The position numbers were made by a program, and so were the translations under genes. Below are positions 43,260-53,290 of a DNA stretch of 59,222 nucleotides, in pieces. The number at the start of each line of letters is the position of its first letter. Within the stretch, counting starts at the first letter, position 1. The stretch is from Elusimicrobiota bacterium (lineage in GTDB: Bacteria > Elusimicrobiota > Elusimicrobia > Elusimicrobiales > Elusimicrobiaceae), in NCBI GenBank assembly GCA_031264445.1, contig JAISDW010000147.1, positions 1 to 59,222 on the forward strand. Reading direction: 5' to 3'. A model generated the notes under the pieces. The model did not search any database. It had not been told where the DNA came from and worked only from the letters and a program-made list of their open reading frames with translations.

Positions 43260-43640
43260 CTATGCAGCCTTCACCCTGGCACCGACTGTTTTCCTGCGGC
43301 CGCGGCGCGTGCGGCTGTTGGTTTTGGTTCTCTGCCCGCGCGTCGGCAAATTGCGGCGGTGCCTGTTGCCGCGGTAGGAGCCGATTTCGCTGAGGCGGTG
43401 TATATTCTGCGACACTTCGCGCCTGAGCTCGCCCTCAACTTTATATTCTTTCTGAAGCACGGCGTTTATGAGGCCGGCCTGCTGCTCCGTCAAATCTTTA
43501 ACGCGGGTGGCCGCGTCTATCTGGCCGGAAAGTTTCTTCAAAATATCACCGGCCACTTTTGGGCCGATGCCGTAGATATACTGCAAAGCTATATCTATTC
43601 TTTTGTTTTTCGGTAAATCTATACCTGCGATTCTTGCCAT
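43260..43640 (-). CDS. rpsM: 30S ribosomal protein S13
   Basis: [26 protein letters not shown]. Confidence 0.95.
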   Translation of the reverse strand: MARIAGIDLPKNKRIDIALQYIYGIGPKVAGDILKKLSGQIDAATRVKDLTEQQAGLINAVLQKEYKVEGELRREVSQNIHRLSEIGSYRGNRHRRNLPTRGQRTKTNSRTRRGRRKTVGARVKAA

Positions 43641-43662
43641 ATTCCGTTAAAACTCCTGTTTA

Positions 43663-43776
43663 TTAACCTTGGCGCTGCTTATGTTTGGCGACTTTACATA
43701 CGACGCGTACCACGCCGTTGCGTTTGACTATCTGACACTTCTGACATATCTTTTTAACGCTAGCTCTGACTTTCAT
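43663..43776 (-). CDS. rpmJ: 50S ribosomal protein L36 (not in ORF track; found manually)
   Basis: Reverse-complement translation [37 protein letters not shown] (37 aa). Its start abuts the infA stop. Confidence 0.9.
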   Translation of the reverse strand: MKVRASVKKICQKCQIVKRNGVVRVVCKVAKHKQRQG

Positions 43777-44007
43777 TTATTTCTCCCGGTAGGTTATCCT
43801 ACCCTTGGTTAAATCGTAAGGAGAAAGCTCAAGTTTGACTTTGTCCCCGGGCAATATTCTGATGTGGAACATTCTCATCTTCCCCGAGATATGCCCCAGT
43901 ATAACTTTGCCGCCGGCTATTTCAACCTTAAACATAGCGTTAGGCAAAGACTCCAGTATTTTACCTTCAACTTCTATTTTATCGCTCATACTCTGCCCTT
44001 GGGCCAA
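43777..44007 (-). CDS. infA: Translation initiation factor IF-1
   Basis: [53 protein letters not shown]. Start ambiguous: TTG at 44007 lies close to AGGAGG, ATG at 43989 lies far from it. Confidence 0.9.
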   Translation of the reverse strand: MAQGQSMSDKIEVEGKILESLPNAMFKVEIAGGKVILGHISGKMRMFHIRILPGDKVKLELSPYDLTKGRITYREK

Positions 44008-44051
44008 AGCCTCCTTTGCGCTCCTTTACTTACGGCCCTTATTTTGCCGCT

Positions 44052-44798
44052 TTAAGCGGTAAGTATAAGGTGTCCGTCTTCCGTCACGGCGACCGTGTGT
44101 TCAAAATGCGCGGATAAACCGCCGTCTTTTGTAACCACAGTCCAATCGTCGTTTAAAACCTCTACTTCGTCGCCGCCCAGGTTAAGCATGGGCTCAACCG
44201 CCAGTGTCATACCCGCTTTAAGCACGGGGCCGCAGCCCTTTGCGCCGTAATTGAGTATGCTGGGGTCTTCGTGCAGTTTGCGGCCGACTCCGTGGCCGCA
44301 GTAATCCCTGACTATGCCCAGCCCGCCTTCCTTAGCATAAGTTTCCACCGTGTTGGATATATCGCTAAGATGTATCCCCGGTTTTATAAGCGAGACGGCT
44401 TTATCAAGAGCTTTTTTGGTCTGAGCCAAAAGCCCTAAAGCCCCGCCCGAAACTTTACCTACGGGTAAGGTCAGCGCCGCGTCCGCGTGGAAGCCGTTAA
44501 GATAAGCGCCTACGTCTATACCGACGATGTCGCCTTCCTTAAGCACAACTTTTTTGGAGGGTATCCCGTGCACCACCACGTCGTTGACCGACGCGCATAT
44601 GCTGCCAGGGAAACCGCCGTATCCCAAAAAAGAGGGCACCGCGCCCGCGGTTCTTATTATTTCTTCCGCAATCTGATTAAGCCGCCACGTTGAAACGCCG
44701 CAAACCGCTTCAGCCTGCATAACCCTGAGAACTTCGGAAACTATGCGGCCGGCGGCTTGCATTTTTTGTATTTCGGCTTTACTTTTCAATTCTATCAT
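44052..44798 (-). CDS. map: Type I methionine aminopeptidase
   Basis: VVHGIP, DVGA, H..GHG and FEHTVAVTEDG metal-ligand motifs. Confidence 0.93.
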   Translation of the reverse strand: MIELKSKAEIQKMQAAGRIVSEVLRVMQAEAVCGVSTWRLNQIAEEIIRTAGAVPSFLGYGGFPGSICASVNDVVVHGIPSKKVVLKEGDIVGIDVGAYLNGFHADAALTLPVGKVSGGALGLLAQTKKALDKAVSLIKPGIHLSDISNTVETYAKEGGLGIVRDYCGHGVGRKLHEDPSILNYGAKGCGPVLKAGMTLAVEPMLNLGGDEVEVLNDDWTVVTKDGGLSAHFEHTVAVTEDGHLILTA

Positions 44799-45433
44799 TT
44801 TTCCAAGCCCAATGCCTTTGCCACTTCCCCGAAAACCTCCTCGGGGCTGCCGCCGCCTTCAACTTCTTTAAAGCCGGCCGACTGCTGATAATAGTTTATC
44901 AGCGGCTGCGTTTCCTTTTTAAACACCTCAAGGCGGTGTTTCGCGCTTTCCAGAGTATCGTCGGGCCTGGTTACAAGCCGCCCGCCGCACTTTACGCAAA
45001 TTTCTTTATAATCCGGCGAGTATATATTATAGATACCGCCGCATTGCGCGCATACGCGCCGCGAAGTGAGCCTTTTTAAGACCGCGTCTTCGCTCATGCC
45101 GATCAGCACGACCGCATCTACTTTCCTGCCGTGCAGTTTTAAATATTTGTCAAGCATCCCGGCCTGCGCCGTGGTGCGCGGGAAGCCGTCAAAAATAATG
45201 CCGTCTTCCCTGTCCTTTATTGCGGCGACGAGGAGATTTACCGTATCCTCGTCCGAGGCTAAATTGCCCTGGCTTGTCAGAAACTCTATCTTCCTGCCTA
45301 ACGGCGTACCCGCGGCTATTTCTCGGCGGATTAAATCACCCGTGGAAATATGCATAAAACCGTATTTCCGTTTAAGCAGTTCCGCCTGAGTGCCCTTGCC
45401 AGAACCCGGGAAACCAAGTAAAATTATATTCAC
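44795..45433 (-). CDS. adk: Adenylate kinase (zinc-lid type)
   Basis: GFPGSGKGTQ P-loop and lid CAQCG...CVKCGG. GTG start. Confidence 0.93.
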   Translation of the reverse strand: MNIILLGFPGSGKGTQAELLKRKYGFMHISTGDLIRREIAAGTPLGRKIEFLTSQGNLASDEDTVNLLVAAIKDREDGIIFDGFPRTTAQAGMLDKYLKLHGRKVDAVVLIGMSEDAVLKRLTSRRVCAQCGGIYNIYSPDYKEICVKCGGRLVTRPDDTLESAKHRLEVFKKETQPLINYYQQSAGFKEVEGGGSPEEVFGEVAKALGLEK

Positions 45434-45530
45434 GCTGAAGCCCCTTGATTACTGATTTACCGTATAAAATTTCTTACCCGCACCTTCCGTTTCCCTCGGC
45501 AAAAGGAAGGAAAGGCGCGGACTTCAAAAA

Positions 45531-46865
45531 CTATTCGCCGACATTAAACCAGCGGCCCTTTATGCCGCGGCCTTTTATAAGCGGCGCATAATTGTGCTGT
45601 ATGAGATGCGCCTGTATCTGGCTGACGGTATCCAAAGCGACGCCCACCACGATCAGCAGCGCGGTGCCGCCGAAATAAAAGGGCACATTGAATTTAATGC
45701 GCAGGAAATCCGGCAGTACGGCTATTGCCGCTACAAACAGCGCACCGCTGAGCGTTATCCTGTTCATTACCCATTCAATATATCTCTGGGTGGGTTCGCC
45801 GGGGCGTATGCCCGGGATAAAGCCGCCCCATTTCTTCATATTCTCCGCCATATCTTTTGGGTTGAAAGTCATGGAATTATAGAAATAGCAGAAGAAAATA
45901 ATAAGCGACACATAAATCAGCATATAAGTAGCGTGGCCGCGGCCCATCCAGTTCATAATCCAGACGGCCCATGGGGCATTGGGCATAAACTGCGCCACCG
46001 TCAGCGGCATGGAAAGCACGGCCATTGAAAAGATTACGGCTATAACGCCGCTCTGGTCAATTTTAAGCGGCAGATAGCTTGTCTGCCCGCCGTACATTTT
46101 ATTGCCCACCATACGCTTTGCGTATTGCACGGGGATTTGGCGCTGCGCCGTCTCCACCCACACCACAAGGCCCATAATAACCGCAACAAGCGCAAGGATA
46201 ATAAGCGCGGTAAGAAGCTGGATTTCCTCGTTCCTTACCAAATCCACCAGTTTATAAACGGCCGCGGGCAGGCGGTCAACTATACCCGCAAAGATGATAA
46301 GCGATATGCCGTTGCCTATGCCCTTTTCGGTAATCTGCTCGCCCAGCCACATGATAAACATGGTGCCCGCGGCAAGCGTGAGAGTGGTGGTAATAATAAA
46401 AGTCCACGACGGGTCAAGCACTATAGCTATGCCGCCCGGGGCAGACATTTTTGTAATGGCCACCGTAATGCCGAAGCCCTGCAGCAATGCCAAAACCAAA
46501 CCGAAAACGCGCGTGATTTGATTTTCTTTCCTGCGGCCGTATTCGCCCTCTTTGCTTAATTTTTCAAGCGCGGGGAAGATATGTGCCCCTTTAATCAGCC
46601 CCATTATGATGGAAGCATTGATATAAGGCATAATGCCCAGCGCCAAAACGGAAAACTGCCCTAAAGCGCCGCCGGAGAAGATGTCAAGAAACCCTAACAT
46701 CCCACCCTGGTGCTGGTTGAAGAAAGAAGCGATGGCCTCGGCGTTGATGCCGGGTATCGGGACTACCACGGCCACCCTGTACACCGCAAGCGCGATGATT
46801 ACAAACAGGATACGCTTGCGGAGCTCGGGCGACTGCAGAATATTCGCTATAGGGTTGTTGTCCAT
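45531..46865 (-). CDS. secY: Preprotein translocase subunit SecY
   Basis: 10-TM profile, LGIMPYINASII and GFIPGIRPG motifs. Confidence 0.95.
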   Translation of the reverse strand: MDNNPIANILQSPELRKRILFVIIALAVYRVAVVVPIPGINAEAIASFFNQHQGGMLGFLDIFSGGALGQFSVLALGIMPYINASIIMGLIKGAHIFPALEKLSKEGEYGRRKENQITRVFGLVLALLQGFGITVAITKMSAPGGIAIVLDPSWTFIITTTLTLAAGTMFIMWLGEQITEKGIGNGISLIIFAGIVDRLPAAVYKLVDLVRNEEIQLLTALIILALVAVIMGLVVWVETAQRQIPVQYAKRMVGNKMYGGQTSYLPLKIDQSGVIAVIFSMAVLSMPLTVAQFMPNAPWAVWIMNWMGRGHATYMLIYVSLIIFFCYFYNSMTFNPKDMAENMKKWGGFIPGIRPGEPTQRYIEWVMNRITLSGALFVAAIAVLPDFLRIKFNVPFYFGGTALLIVVGVALDTVSQIQAHLIQHNYAPLIKGRGIKGRWFNVGE

Positions 46866-47332
46866 TATTCAGCCTTGGCCTTTTTTTCAATAACTATGGC
46901 TTTGCCGCCGGCCTTTTCTATAGCGGCTTTGGCCGACGCGGAAAAAGCGTGCGCGCTGACATTGAGGGCGGCATTAAGCTCGCCGTTGCCCAGGATTTTG
47001 ACCTTATGCACATGATGTATAAGACCGTTTTTCCTGAGGATTTCGGGATTAACTTCCGCGCCGGCTTTAAATTGTTTATCCAGCGAGCCGATATTTACGA
47101 ATTCGCCCGCCACGGCAAAAGCCGCGTTGGAAAACCCGCTCTTCGGTATGCGCCTGAAAAGCGGCATCTGCCCGCCTTCTTTGCTTTCTTTGCGGGTATT
47201 GCCCGACCTTGAAGTCTGGCCTTTCATGCCTTTGGTCGCGCTGCGGCCCATGCCGGAACCCACGCCCAGACCGATTCTTCTTTTAGCTTTTCTGGAGCCG
47301 TGTTTAGGAAAAAGTGTGCTGAGATTAACCAT
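46865..47332 (-). CDS. rplO: 50S ribosomal protein L15
   Basis: GSGMGRSATKGMKGQTSRSG. Stop overlaps the secY ATG (TAATG). Confidence 0.93.
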   Translation of the reverse strand: MVNLSTLFPKHGSRKAKRRIGLGVGSGMGRSATKGMKGQTSRSGNTRKESKEGGQMPLFRRIPKSGFSNAAFAVAGEFVNIGSLDKQFKAGAEVNPEILRKNGLIHHVHKVKILGNGELNAALNVSAHAFSASAKAAIEKAGGKAIVIEKKAKAE

Positions 47333-47344
47333 TTTCTTTATCTC

Positions 47345-47935
47345 CTATGCGGCGGCCGCTTCGCCGGTTTTGGGTGCGGCGGGAGCGGCGGCTTCTTTGA
47401 CTTTGCCGCGGCGGGCCATGACGGATTCTTTGCTCTTGAGCTGCTTTAGAGCCTCCATCGTGGCATAGGCCAGGTTGCACGCATTGGTGCTGCCCAGACT
47501 TTTGGCAAGTATGTCCTTAATGCCGGCGGCTTCAAGGATAAGCCTTACGCCCGCGCCGGCGATAACGCCGGTGCCCGGGGCGGCGGGTTTCATCCATACC
47601 GAAGCCGAGCCGTACCTGCCTATAATTTCATGCGGGATAGTATTGTTCACAACGGGGAATTTGACGGTGCTTTTGCGCGCATGGAATTCCGCCTTGGAGA
47701 CGGCAAACTGAACCTGGTTCGCTTTGCCTATAGCAACGCCGACTTTGCCGTTGCCGTCGCCCACAGCAACCAGCGCGCGGAAGCCGAAACGCTTGCCGCC
47801 TTTGACCACTTTTGCGGTCCTGGCTACCTGGATAACGGTTGTCGTGCCCTCTTGTCTGGGGCGCTGCTGAAACTCGGTCCTGTGACCTTTCGCTTCTTTC
47901 TTATTTTCGCCTTTAGGCGCTTCTTTATTTAACAT
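47345..47935 (-). CDS. rpsE: 30S ribosomal protein S5 (with N- and C-terminal extensions)
   Basis: VARTAKVVKGGKRFGFRALVAVGDGNGKVG. Only 12 nt separate it from rplO, so no rpmD (L30) gene is present. Confidence 0.93.
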   Translation of the reverse strand: MLNKEAPKGENKKEAKGHRTEFQQRPRQEGTTTVIQVARTAKVVKGGKRFGFRALVAVGDGNGKVGVAIGKANQVQFAVSKAEFHARKSTVKFPVVNNTIPHEIIGRYGSASVWMKPAAPGTGVIAGAGVRLILEAAGIKDILAKSLGSTNACNLAYATMEALKQLKSKESVMARRGKVKEAAAPAAPKTGEAAAA

Positions 47936-47949
47936 TTAGATTGTCCTTG

Positions 47950-48315
47950 TTAAAATTTCAGGCCGGCTTTGCGGGCGCTTTCGGCCAGGGCTTTAACCCT
48001 GCCGTGGTAAACGCGCGCGCCCCTGTCAAAACAGACTTCTGTAATACCCTTTTCAAGAGCTTTTTTGGCAATGAGCTCGCCGAGGGCAGTTGCCGCTTCC
48101 ACGCTTTTGCCGGAGGCTTTGAATTTACCCTCCAGCTCTTTGCCGCTGGTTGCGGCGCTTACCACCACTTGGCCGCTGGCGTCGTCAATGACGGAAGCGT
48201 ATAAATACTGCAAGCTCCTGTACACTGAAAGACGCGGCCTGTTAAGACCGGCGGCAAGCAGTTTCTTTTTGGTTCTTTCCTTGCGGAAGTGATATCTTTC
48301 CTGTTTGGTTGCCAT
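47950..48315 (-). CDS. rplR: 50S ribosomal protein L18
   Basis: RPRLSVYRSLQYLYASVIDD..FDRGARVYHGRVKALAE. Confidence 0.93.
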   Translation of the reverse strand: MATKQERYHFRKERTKKKLLAAGLNRPRLSVYRSLQYLYASVIDDASGQVVVSAATSGKELEGKFKASGKSVEAATALGELIAKKALEKGITEVCFDRGARVYHGRVKALAESARKAGLKF

Positions 48316-48318
48316 AAA

Positions 48319-48873
48319 TTATTTGCCTCCGGACGACGCGGCCTTGCCGGCTTTGCGGGCAATATATTCGCCCTGGTATTTGATGCCGCTACCTTTATAA
48401 GGCTCCGGCGGGCGGATCTTGCGGACTTTGGCGGCAAAATCGCCGACCAGAAATTTATCCGCGCCCTTGATTTCAACAAGCGGGTTCTTAGGGTCGGCCG
48501 TGACGGTTATGCCCTGCGGGATATCCAAAAGCACGGGATGGGAAAAGCCAAGCTCCAAATTAAGCTGCTTGCCCTGTACGGCGGCTTTGTAGCCCAGACC
48601 GTTGATTTCCAGCACTTTGGTAAAAGGCGTTTCCACGCCTGAAATTATATTGGCCACACGCGCGCGGGCAGTGCCGTAAACGGCGTTAAGCTCCTTCTCG
48701 CGGCCGTTTTCCGGTGCGAAAGTAAGCACAGCGCCTTCAAGTTTGGCGTTTATGCCGGCGGGCAGCGTGAAGCCCAGCGTGCCTGCGGGGCCGGTAGCTT
48801 TGACTTCCTGCCCTTTGATTTCCACTTTTACTTTAGCGGGGACCTGAATCGGTTTTTTGCCTATTCTGCTCAT
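48319..48873 (-). CDS. rplF: 50S ribosomal protein L6
   Basis: MSRIGKKPIQVPAKVKV..PEPYKGSGIKYQGE. Confidence 0.93.
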   Translation of the reverse strand: MSRIGKKPIQVPAKVKVEIKGQEVKATGPAGTLGFTLPAGINAKLEGAVLTFAPENGREKELNAVYGTARARVANIISGVETPFTKVLEINGLGYKAAVQGKQLNLELGFSHPVLLDIPQGITVTADPKNPLVEIKGADKFLVGDFAAKVRKIRPPEPYKGSGIKYQGEYIARKAGKAASSGGK

Positions 48874-48886
48874 ATTATCATCCCCC

Positions 48887-49279
48887 TTACCAGATCTGAC
48901 AGAGCACTTCGCCGCCGACCTTAGAGTCCTTGGCTTTGCCGTCTGTCATAACGCCTTTTGAAGTGGAAATTACCGACGTGCCGAAAGCACCCCTGACAAC
49001 GGGGATATCGTCATAAGAGCTGTAAACCCTTTTGCCCGGGCGCGACACGCGGCGCAGGCCCTGTATAACGCTTTCGTTTTTATCGTCGTATTTCAAAAAT
49101 ACCCTGACGAAACCGCCTTTAGTCTCGTTATGTATGGCTTTATAGTTTGCTATATAGCCTTCTTCTTTCATAACGCGGGCGATTTCAAACTTGATTTTGG
49201 AAAAAGGAATATCAACGCGTTCCTTTTTCTTCATGCTTGCGTTTCTTATTCTTGTTAAGAAATCTGCTATCGGATCCAT
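48887..49279 (-). CDS. rpsH: 30S ribosomal protein S8
   Basis: MDPIADFLTRIRNA..GGEVLCQIW. Confidence 0.93.
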   Translation of the reverse strand: MDPIADFLTRIRNASMKKKERVDIPFSKIKFEIARVMKEEGYIANYKAIHNETKGGFVRVFLKYDDKNESVIQGLRRVSRPGKRVYSSYDDIPVVRGAFGTSVISTSKGVMTDGKAKDSKVGGEVLCQIW

Positions 49280-49383
49280 AATTGTTTAGAGCCCGGCAAA
49301 ACTTACTTTCCGCAGTAATATTATCCCGCCGGCCTTGCGGCCTGCGGCGGTAGCGGAGTTAAATCCGTCCGGCGCCTCCTCCT

Positions 49384-49569
49384 TTACCAGCTTGATTTTT
49401 TTACACCCGGGATTAAACCCTGGTGCGCCATTTTCCTGAAGCAGATACGGCAGAGACCGAAATCCCTGTAGTACCCGCGCGCTCTGCCGCAGATTTGGCA
49501 GCGGTTGTGGTGCCTTACTGCAAACTTCTGCGGTTTTGCCATTTTTGCAACCCATGCTTTTGTAGCCAT
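49384..49569 (-). CDS. rpsN: 30S ribosomal protein S14, zinc-binding type Z
   Basis: 61 aa, [22 protein letters not shown]. Confidence 0.93.
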   Translation of the reverse strand: MATKAWVAKMAKPQKFAVRHHNRCQICGRARGYYRDFGLCRICFRKMAHQGLIPGVKKSSW

Positions 49570-49587
49570 ATTACAGTTGCGCTCCTG

Positions 49588-50190
49588 TTATTTTGCGTTC
49601 CCTTTCCTGAAGGGAAAGCCCATAAATTCCATCAGCAGCCTGCCGTTATCGTCGTTCTTGGCCGTGGTGGCGAAAGTGATGTTCATGCCATGCGCTTTGG
49701 GCGATTTTTCAACGTCAATTTCGGGGAACACATAATGTTCCTTAAGGCCGACGTTCAGGTTGCCCCTGCCGTCAAAACCTTTGGGGTTGAAGCCCTGAAA
49801 GTCCCTTATGCGCGGGGCGACGACATTGACGAACCTGTCAAAAAATTCGTACATTCTGTCGCCGCGCAGGGTAACTTTCACGCCGATAGGCATGCCCTCG
49901 CGCAGTTTGAAGTTGGAAATGGATTTCTTTGCGCGCCTTACCTGCGCCAGCTGGCCGGAAATGACGGTAATGTCTTCGCGCGCGATATCCATAAATTTAA
50001 TATCTTCCTTGGCGTCCGCCACGCCGACATTAATTACTATCTTTTCCAGCTTGGGGGCGGCCATGGGGCTTTTTACCTTCATTTCTTTCAGAAGGGCCGG
50101 CAGCACTTTTTCTTTATATAAAGCTTTGAGCCTGGGGGCATAAGCGCCCGCGGCTTTGGCTGTTTTTTTGGTTTCTTTTGTCTCGGACAT
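49588..50190 (-). CDS. rplE: 50S ribosomal protein L5
   Basis: PRLKALYKEKVLPAL..GMNITF. ATG at 50190 is preceded by AAGGTG at 6 nt; the listed GTG at 50199 overlaps that SD. Confidence 0.92.
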   Translation of the reverse strand: MSETKETKKTAKAAGAYAPRLKALYKEKVLPALLKEMKVKSPMAAPKLEKIVINVGVADAKEDIKFMDIAREDITVISGQLAQVRRAKKSISNFKLREGMPIGVKVTLRGDRMYEFFDRFVNVVAPRIRDFQGFNPKGFDGRGNLNVGLKEHYVFPEIDVEKSPKAHGMNITFATTAKNDDNGRLLMEFMGFPFRKGNAK

Positions 50191-50201
50191 TTTATGCACC
50201 T

Positions 50202-50510
50202 TTATGCTATTACAGCTTCACATTTGCGGCAGATTCTGCTTTTTGCGCCGTTGCTCTCAATTTTGATTTTGGGAGTCATGTGCTTTTTGCATTTCTGGCA
50301 GACAACCGCGACGTTTGAAGCGTCCAACGCGGCTTCCAGCTTCTGAATGCCGCCTTTATTGTCTTTATTGGGTTTAACGTGCTTGGAAATCATGTTATGG
50401 CCGGCAACGACAACTTTGTTTTTGCCGGGGATTACTTTTGCGATTTCGCCCGTTTTGCCTTTATCCTTGCCGGCAAGGATTATGACTTTATCGTTTTTCC
50501 TGATATTCAT
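50202..50510 (-). CDS. rplX: 50S ribosomal protein L24
   Basis: KKNDKVIILAGKDKGKTGEI KOW motif. Confidence 0.93.
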   Translation of the reverse strand: MNIRKNDKVIILAGKDKGKTGEIAKVIPGKNKVVVAGHNMISKHVKPNKDNKGGIQKLEAALDASNVAVVCQKCKKHMTPKIKIESNGAKSRICRKCEAVIA

Positions 50511-50512
50511 AA

Positions 50513-50881
50513 TTATATTACCTCCGGCGCGAGGGAGACTATTTTAAGGAAATTCTTTTCCCTCAGTTCCCTTGCGACTGGGCCGAAGACGCGCGTGCCC
50601 TTGGGCTCGCCGTTTTCGTTGATAAGGCATACGGCATTATCGTCAAAGCGGAAATAAGAGCCGTCTTTGCGGCGCTTCTCGCGGCTTACGCGCACCACGA
50701 CGGCGCGCACAACCTCGCCTTTTTTGACGTTACCGGTGGGGATAGCGTCGCGCACGGAGCACATTACGACGTCGCCCAGCGTGGCTATATCCCTGTGATG
50801 GCCGCCGCGCACTTTGAAGCACTGCACTTTGCGCGCGCCCGAATTATCGGCGACGTTAAGAATTGACCTGATCTGTATCAT
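50513..50881 (-). CDS. rplN: 50S ribosomal protein L14
   Basis: [21 protein letters not shown]. Confidence 0.95.
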   Translation of the reverse strand: MIQIRSILNVADNSGARKVQCFKVRGGHHRDIATLGDVVMCSVRDAIPTGNVKKGEVVRAVVVRVSREKRRKDGSYFRFDDNAVCLINENGEPKGTRVFGPVARELREKNFLKIVSLAPEVI

Positions 50882-50906
50882 AACTTTATCTCTCCGTTCC
50901 GATTAA

Positions 50907-51176
50907 TCAGCTTAACGCCTTTTCCGTTATTTTGGAAACGCGCCATCTTTTGAGTTTGGACAGCGGTCTTGTTGAGGTTATCTCCACCCTGTCGCCAATT
51001 TTGCTTTCATTGCCTTCGTCGTGGGCGTGATAGCATTTGGAGGTAGTAACAATCTTACCGTAAAAGGGGTGCTTCTTCCTGGTGGGAACTTCCACCGTGC
51101 GGGTTTTGTTCATCTTGTCGGAGACGACGACGCCGCTCAGCACTTTCCTTTCCGCGCGATTATTTGTCTTTTCCAT
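50907..51176 (-). CDS. rpsQ: 30S ribosomal protein S17
   Basis: RKVLSGVVVSDKMNKTRTV..YHAHDE. Confidence 0.93.
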   Translation of the reverse strand: MEKTNNRAERKVLSGVVVSDKMNKTRTVEVPTRKKHPFYGKIVTTSKCYHAHDEGNESKIGDRVEITSTRPLSKLKRWRVSKITEKALS

Positions 51177-51190
51177 TTTTAAAAATCCTC

Positions 51191-51406
51191 TTATTTAGAC
51201 TGCCCGTCTGCCGCCGATTTTTCGTTAATCAGCGTGTTAAGCAGGGCGATTTCGCGTCTGACAACCCTAATTTCCAAAGGATTGGACAGCGGGGTTGTGC
51301 TGTGTTTAAAAAGAAGGTTGAACTGCTTCTCTTTAGCTTTGGCCAGCAGGTCCTGCAGCTCGGCCAGGCTTTTTGATTTTATGGTTTCTTTCTGTTTAGC
51401 CTTCAT
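51191..51406 (-). CDS. rpmC: 50S ribosomal protein L29
   Basis: Size, position between rplP and rpsQ, and LRVVRREIALLNT-like motif. Confidence 0.88.
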   Translation of the reverse strand: MKAKQKETIKSKSLAELQDLLAKAKEKQFNLLFKHSTTPLSNPLEIRVVRREIALLNTLINEKSAADGQSK

Positions 51407-51411
51407 AAAAA

Positions 51412-51822
51412 TTACCTTCTCGTCACCATTTTGGTTTTGATGGGCAGTTTGTCCGAAGCGTGGCGGAATGCCTCTTTGGTCTCAGCCAGGGCGGTGCCTT
51501 CCACTTCAAACAAAATGCGGCCGGGTTTTACCACGCAGACCCAATGGTCCGGCGCGCCTTTACCTTTACCCATTCTGGTTTCAGCCGGGTGTTTGGTGAT
51601 GGCTTTATCGGGGAAGATTCTCGTCCACATCTTGCCGTTCTTTTTGACAAGCCTGGAAAGCGTGATACGCGCGGCCTCAATCTGCCTGGCGGTTATCCAT
51701 TTGGGCTCAAGCGCTTTTAAGCCGTATTCGCCGAAGGAAACTTCCGTCCCGCGTTTAGCCACGCCTTTAATGCGCGGAGCGCTGTGGGGTTTGCGATACT
51801 TAACTCTTTTTGGCATCAACAT
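51412..51822 (-). CDS. rplP: 50S ribosomal protein L16
   Basis: [20 protein letters not shown]. Confidence 0.95.
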   Translation of the reverse strand: MLMPKRVKYRKPHSAPRIKGVAKRGTEVSFGEYGLKALEPKWITARQIEAARITLSRLVKKNGKMWTRIFPDKAITKHPAETRMGKGKGAPDHWVCVVKPGRILFEVEGTALAETKEAFRHASDKLPIKTKMVTRR

Positions 51823-51825
51823 AAG

Positions 51826-52599
51826 TTAAACCCCTTGTTTGGCCTGCGCCGCTTTGGCGACTACGGCCGGTTTTTTTGCCGCGGGGGCGGCGGCTTCAGC
51901 CGCGCCTTCCGACGGGGAGCCTTCCTGCATCTCGCGATGCTTTCTGAGCTCGTTAAGAATTTCTTTGGGCGATTTGGCAAAGTGCGTTTTCTTGAAAATC
52001 CACACTTTGATGCCTATTTTGCCGCTGATGGTATTGGCCTCGTAGGTGCCGTAGTCAATATCCGCGCAGAGCGTGTGCAGCGGCACGCGGCCTTCGCGCT
52101 TCCATTCCGTGCGGGCGATTTCCGCGCCGCCCAGACGGCCGCCAATCATTATTTTGATGCCCAGCGCTTTGCCGGCCATGGCCTTTTCAATGGCCTTTTT
52201 CATGGCGGCGCCGTAGTGGGCGCGCTTTTCTATCTGGAAAGCGATTGACTGCGCCACAAGCCTGGCGTCAGTCTCCGGATTCTTAATCTCTATAACGTTG
52301 ACAAAAGTCTTGCTGCCGGTAAGGGCCTCCAAGTCTTTGCGAAGGGCTTCAATATCCGCGCCTTTCTTGCCGATTACAACGCCCGGCCTTGCGGTGTGGA
52401 TATTGATGCGCAAAAAGGAACCCGCCCTTTCAATACCGACCGCGCTGACGGCCGCCAGCATAAAGCGGGATTCCACAATTTGCCTGATTTGGAAATCTTC
52501 CATGATAAGGGCAGGCATATTTTTAGGCGCGAACCAGCGCGATTGCCAGTCCTGCGTATAACCCAGGCGCAGCCCTTTGGGGTGTATTTTATGACCCAT
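51826..52599 (-). CDS. rpsC: 30S ribosomal protein S3 (Ala-rich C-terminal tail)
   Basis: [15 protein letters not shown] domain GVVIGKKGADIE. Confidence 0.95.
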   Translation of the reverse strand: MGHKIHPKGLRLGYTQDWQSRWFAPKNMPALIMEDFQIRQIVESRFMLAAVSAVGIERAGSFLRINIHTARPGVVIGKKGADIEALRKDLEALTGSKTFVNVIEIKNPETDARLVAQSIAFQIEKRAHYGAAMKKAIEKAMAGKALGIKIMIGGRLGGAEIARTEWKREGRVPLHTLCADIDYGTYEANTISGKIGIKVWIFKKTHFAKSPKEILNELRKHREMQEGSPSEGAAEAAAPAAKKPAVVAKAAQAKQGV

Positions 52600-52985
52600 T
52601 ATTTAAGCCCTCCCTCAGCGGGGGTTTTGGCCCCTTTCTTCTCGTCGCTGACGATTACCGTCAGGTGGCAGACACTTTTCTTATACGGCATTGCTCTGCC
52701 CTGCGGGCCGGGCTGTATGCGTTTTAAGTGTTTCATGGGGCCTATGTTGGCATAAGCCTCTTTGATGTATATTTTGGCCAAATCCGGTGTTCTATTACCG
52801 GTTTTTACGCCAAGGTTGGCGGCGGCGGAATTAATTGTCTTCTGCACAAGGTCGCAGCAGCGCAGGCCGCTGAAGGGCACTATGCCCTGCGAAGCCTTTA
52901 CGCTTTTGCCGCGCACCAAGTCCAGCAGGAACATAACCTTCCTGCTGCCGTACCTTTGAAATTTAGCTTTTGAACAAGCTTCCAT
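52599..52985 (-). CDS. rplV: 50S ribosomal protein L22
   Basis: [22 protein letters not shown]. Stop overlaps the rpsC ATG. Confidence 0.92.
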   Translation of the reverse strand: MEACSKAKFQRYGSRKVMFLLDLVRGKSVKASQGIVPFSGLRCCDLVQKTINSAAANLGVKTGNRTPDLAKIYIKEAYANIGPMKHLKRIQPGPQGRAMPYKKSVCHLTVIVSDEKKGAKTPAEGGLK

Positions 52986-53006
52986 ATCAAATTATCCTCT
53001 GTAATC

Positions 53007-53288
53007 TTATTTAAGGGCCTTGGACTCTTTAGTCATGCCGCCGTGGCCTTTGAACGTCCTGGTGAAAGCGAATTCGCCCAGTTTGTGGCCTATCATTCTT
53101 TCCGTTATATAAACGGGCAGGAACTTGCGCCCGTTATGCACCAGAAAGGTGTGGCCCACAAAAACCGGCACTATCGTGCAGGCACGCGCCCAGGTTTTGA
53201 TGCTCTTCTTATCCGCGGGGGACATCGCCTCAACGGCTTCAAGAAGGTTTGAGTCCACAAAAGGGCCTTTCTTCGTTGATCTTGACAT
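53007..53288 (-). CDS. rpsS: 30S ribosomal protein S19
   Basis: [34 protein letters not shown]. Confidence 0.95.
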   Translation of the reverse strand: MSRSTKKGPFVDSNLLEAVEAMSPADKKSIKTWARACTIVPVFVGHTFLVHNGRKFLPVYITERMIGHKLGEFAFTRTFKGHGGMTKESKALK

Positions 53289-53290
53289 AA

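Noticed and set aside
49286-49555. 89-aa ORF spanning the rpsN-rpsH spacer
   Set aside because: It overlaps rpsN in another frame, has no conserved features, and the region is better explained as a structured intergenic spacer.
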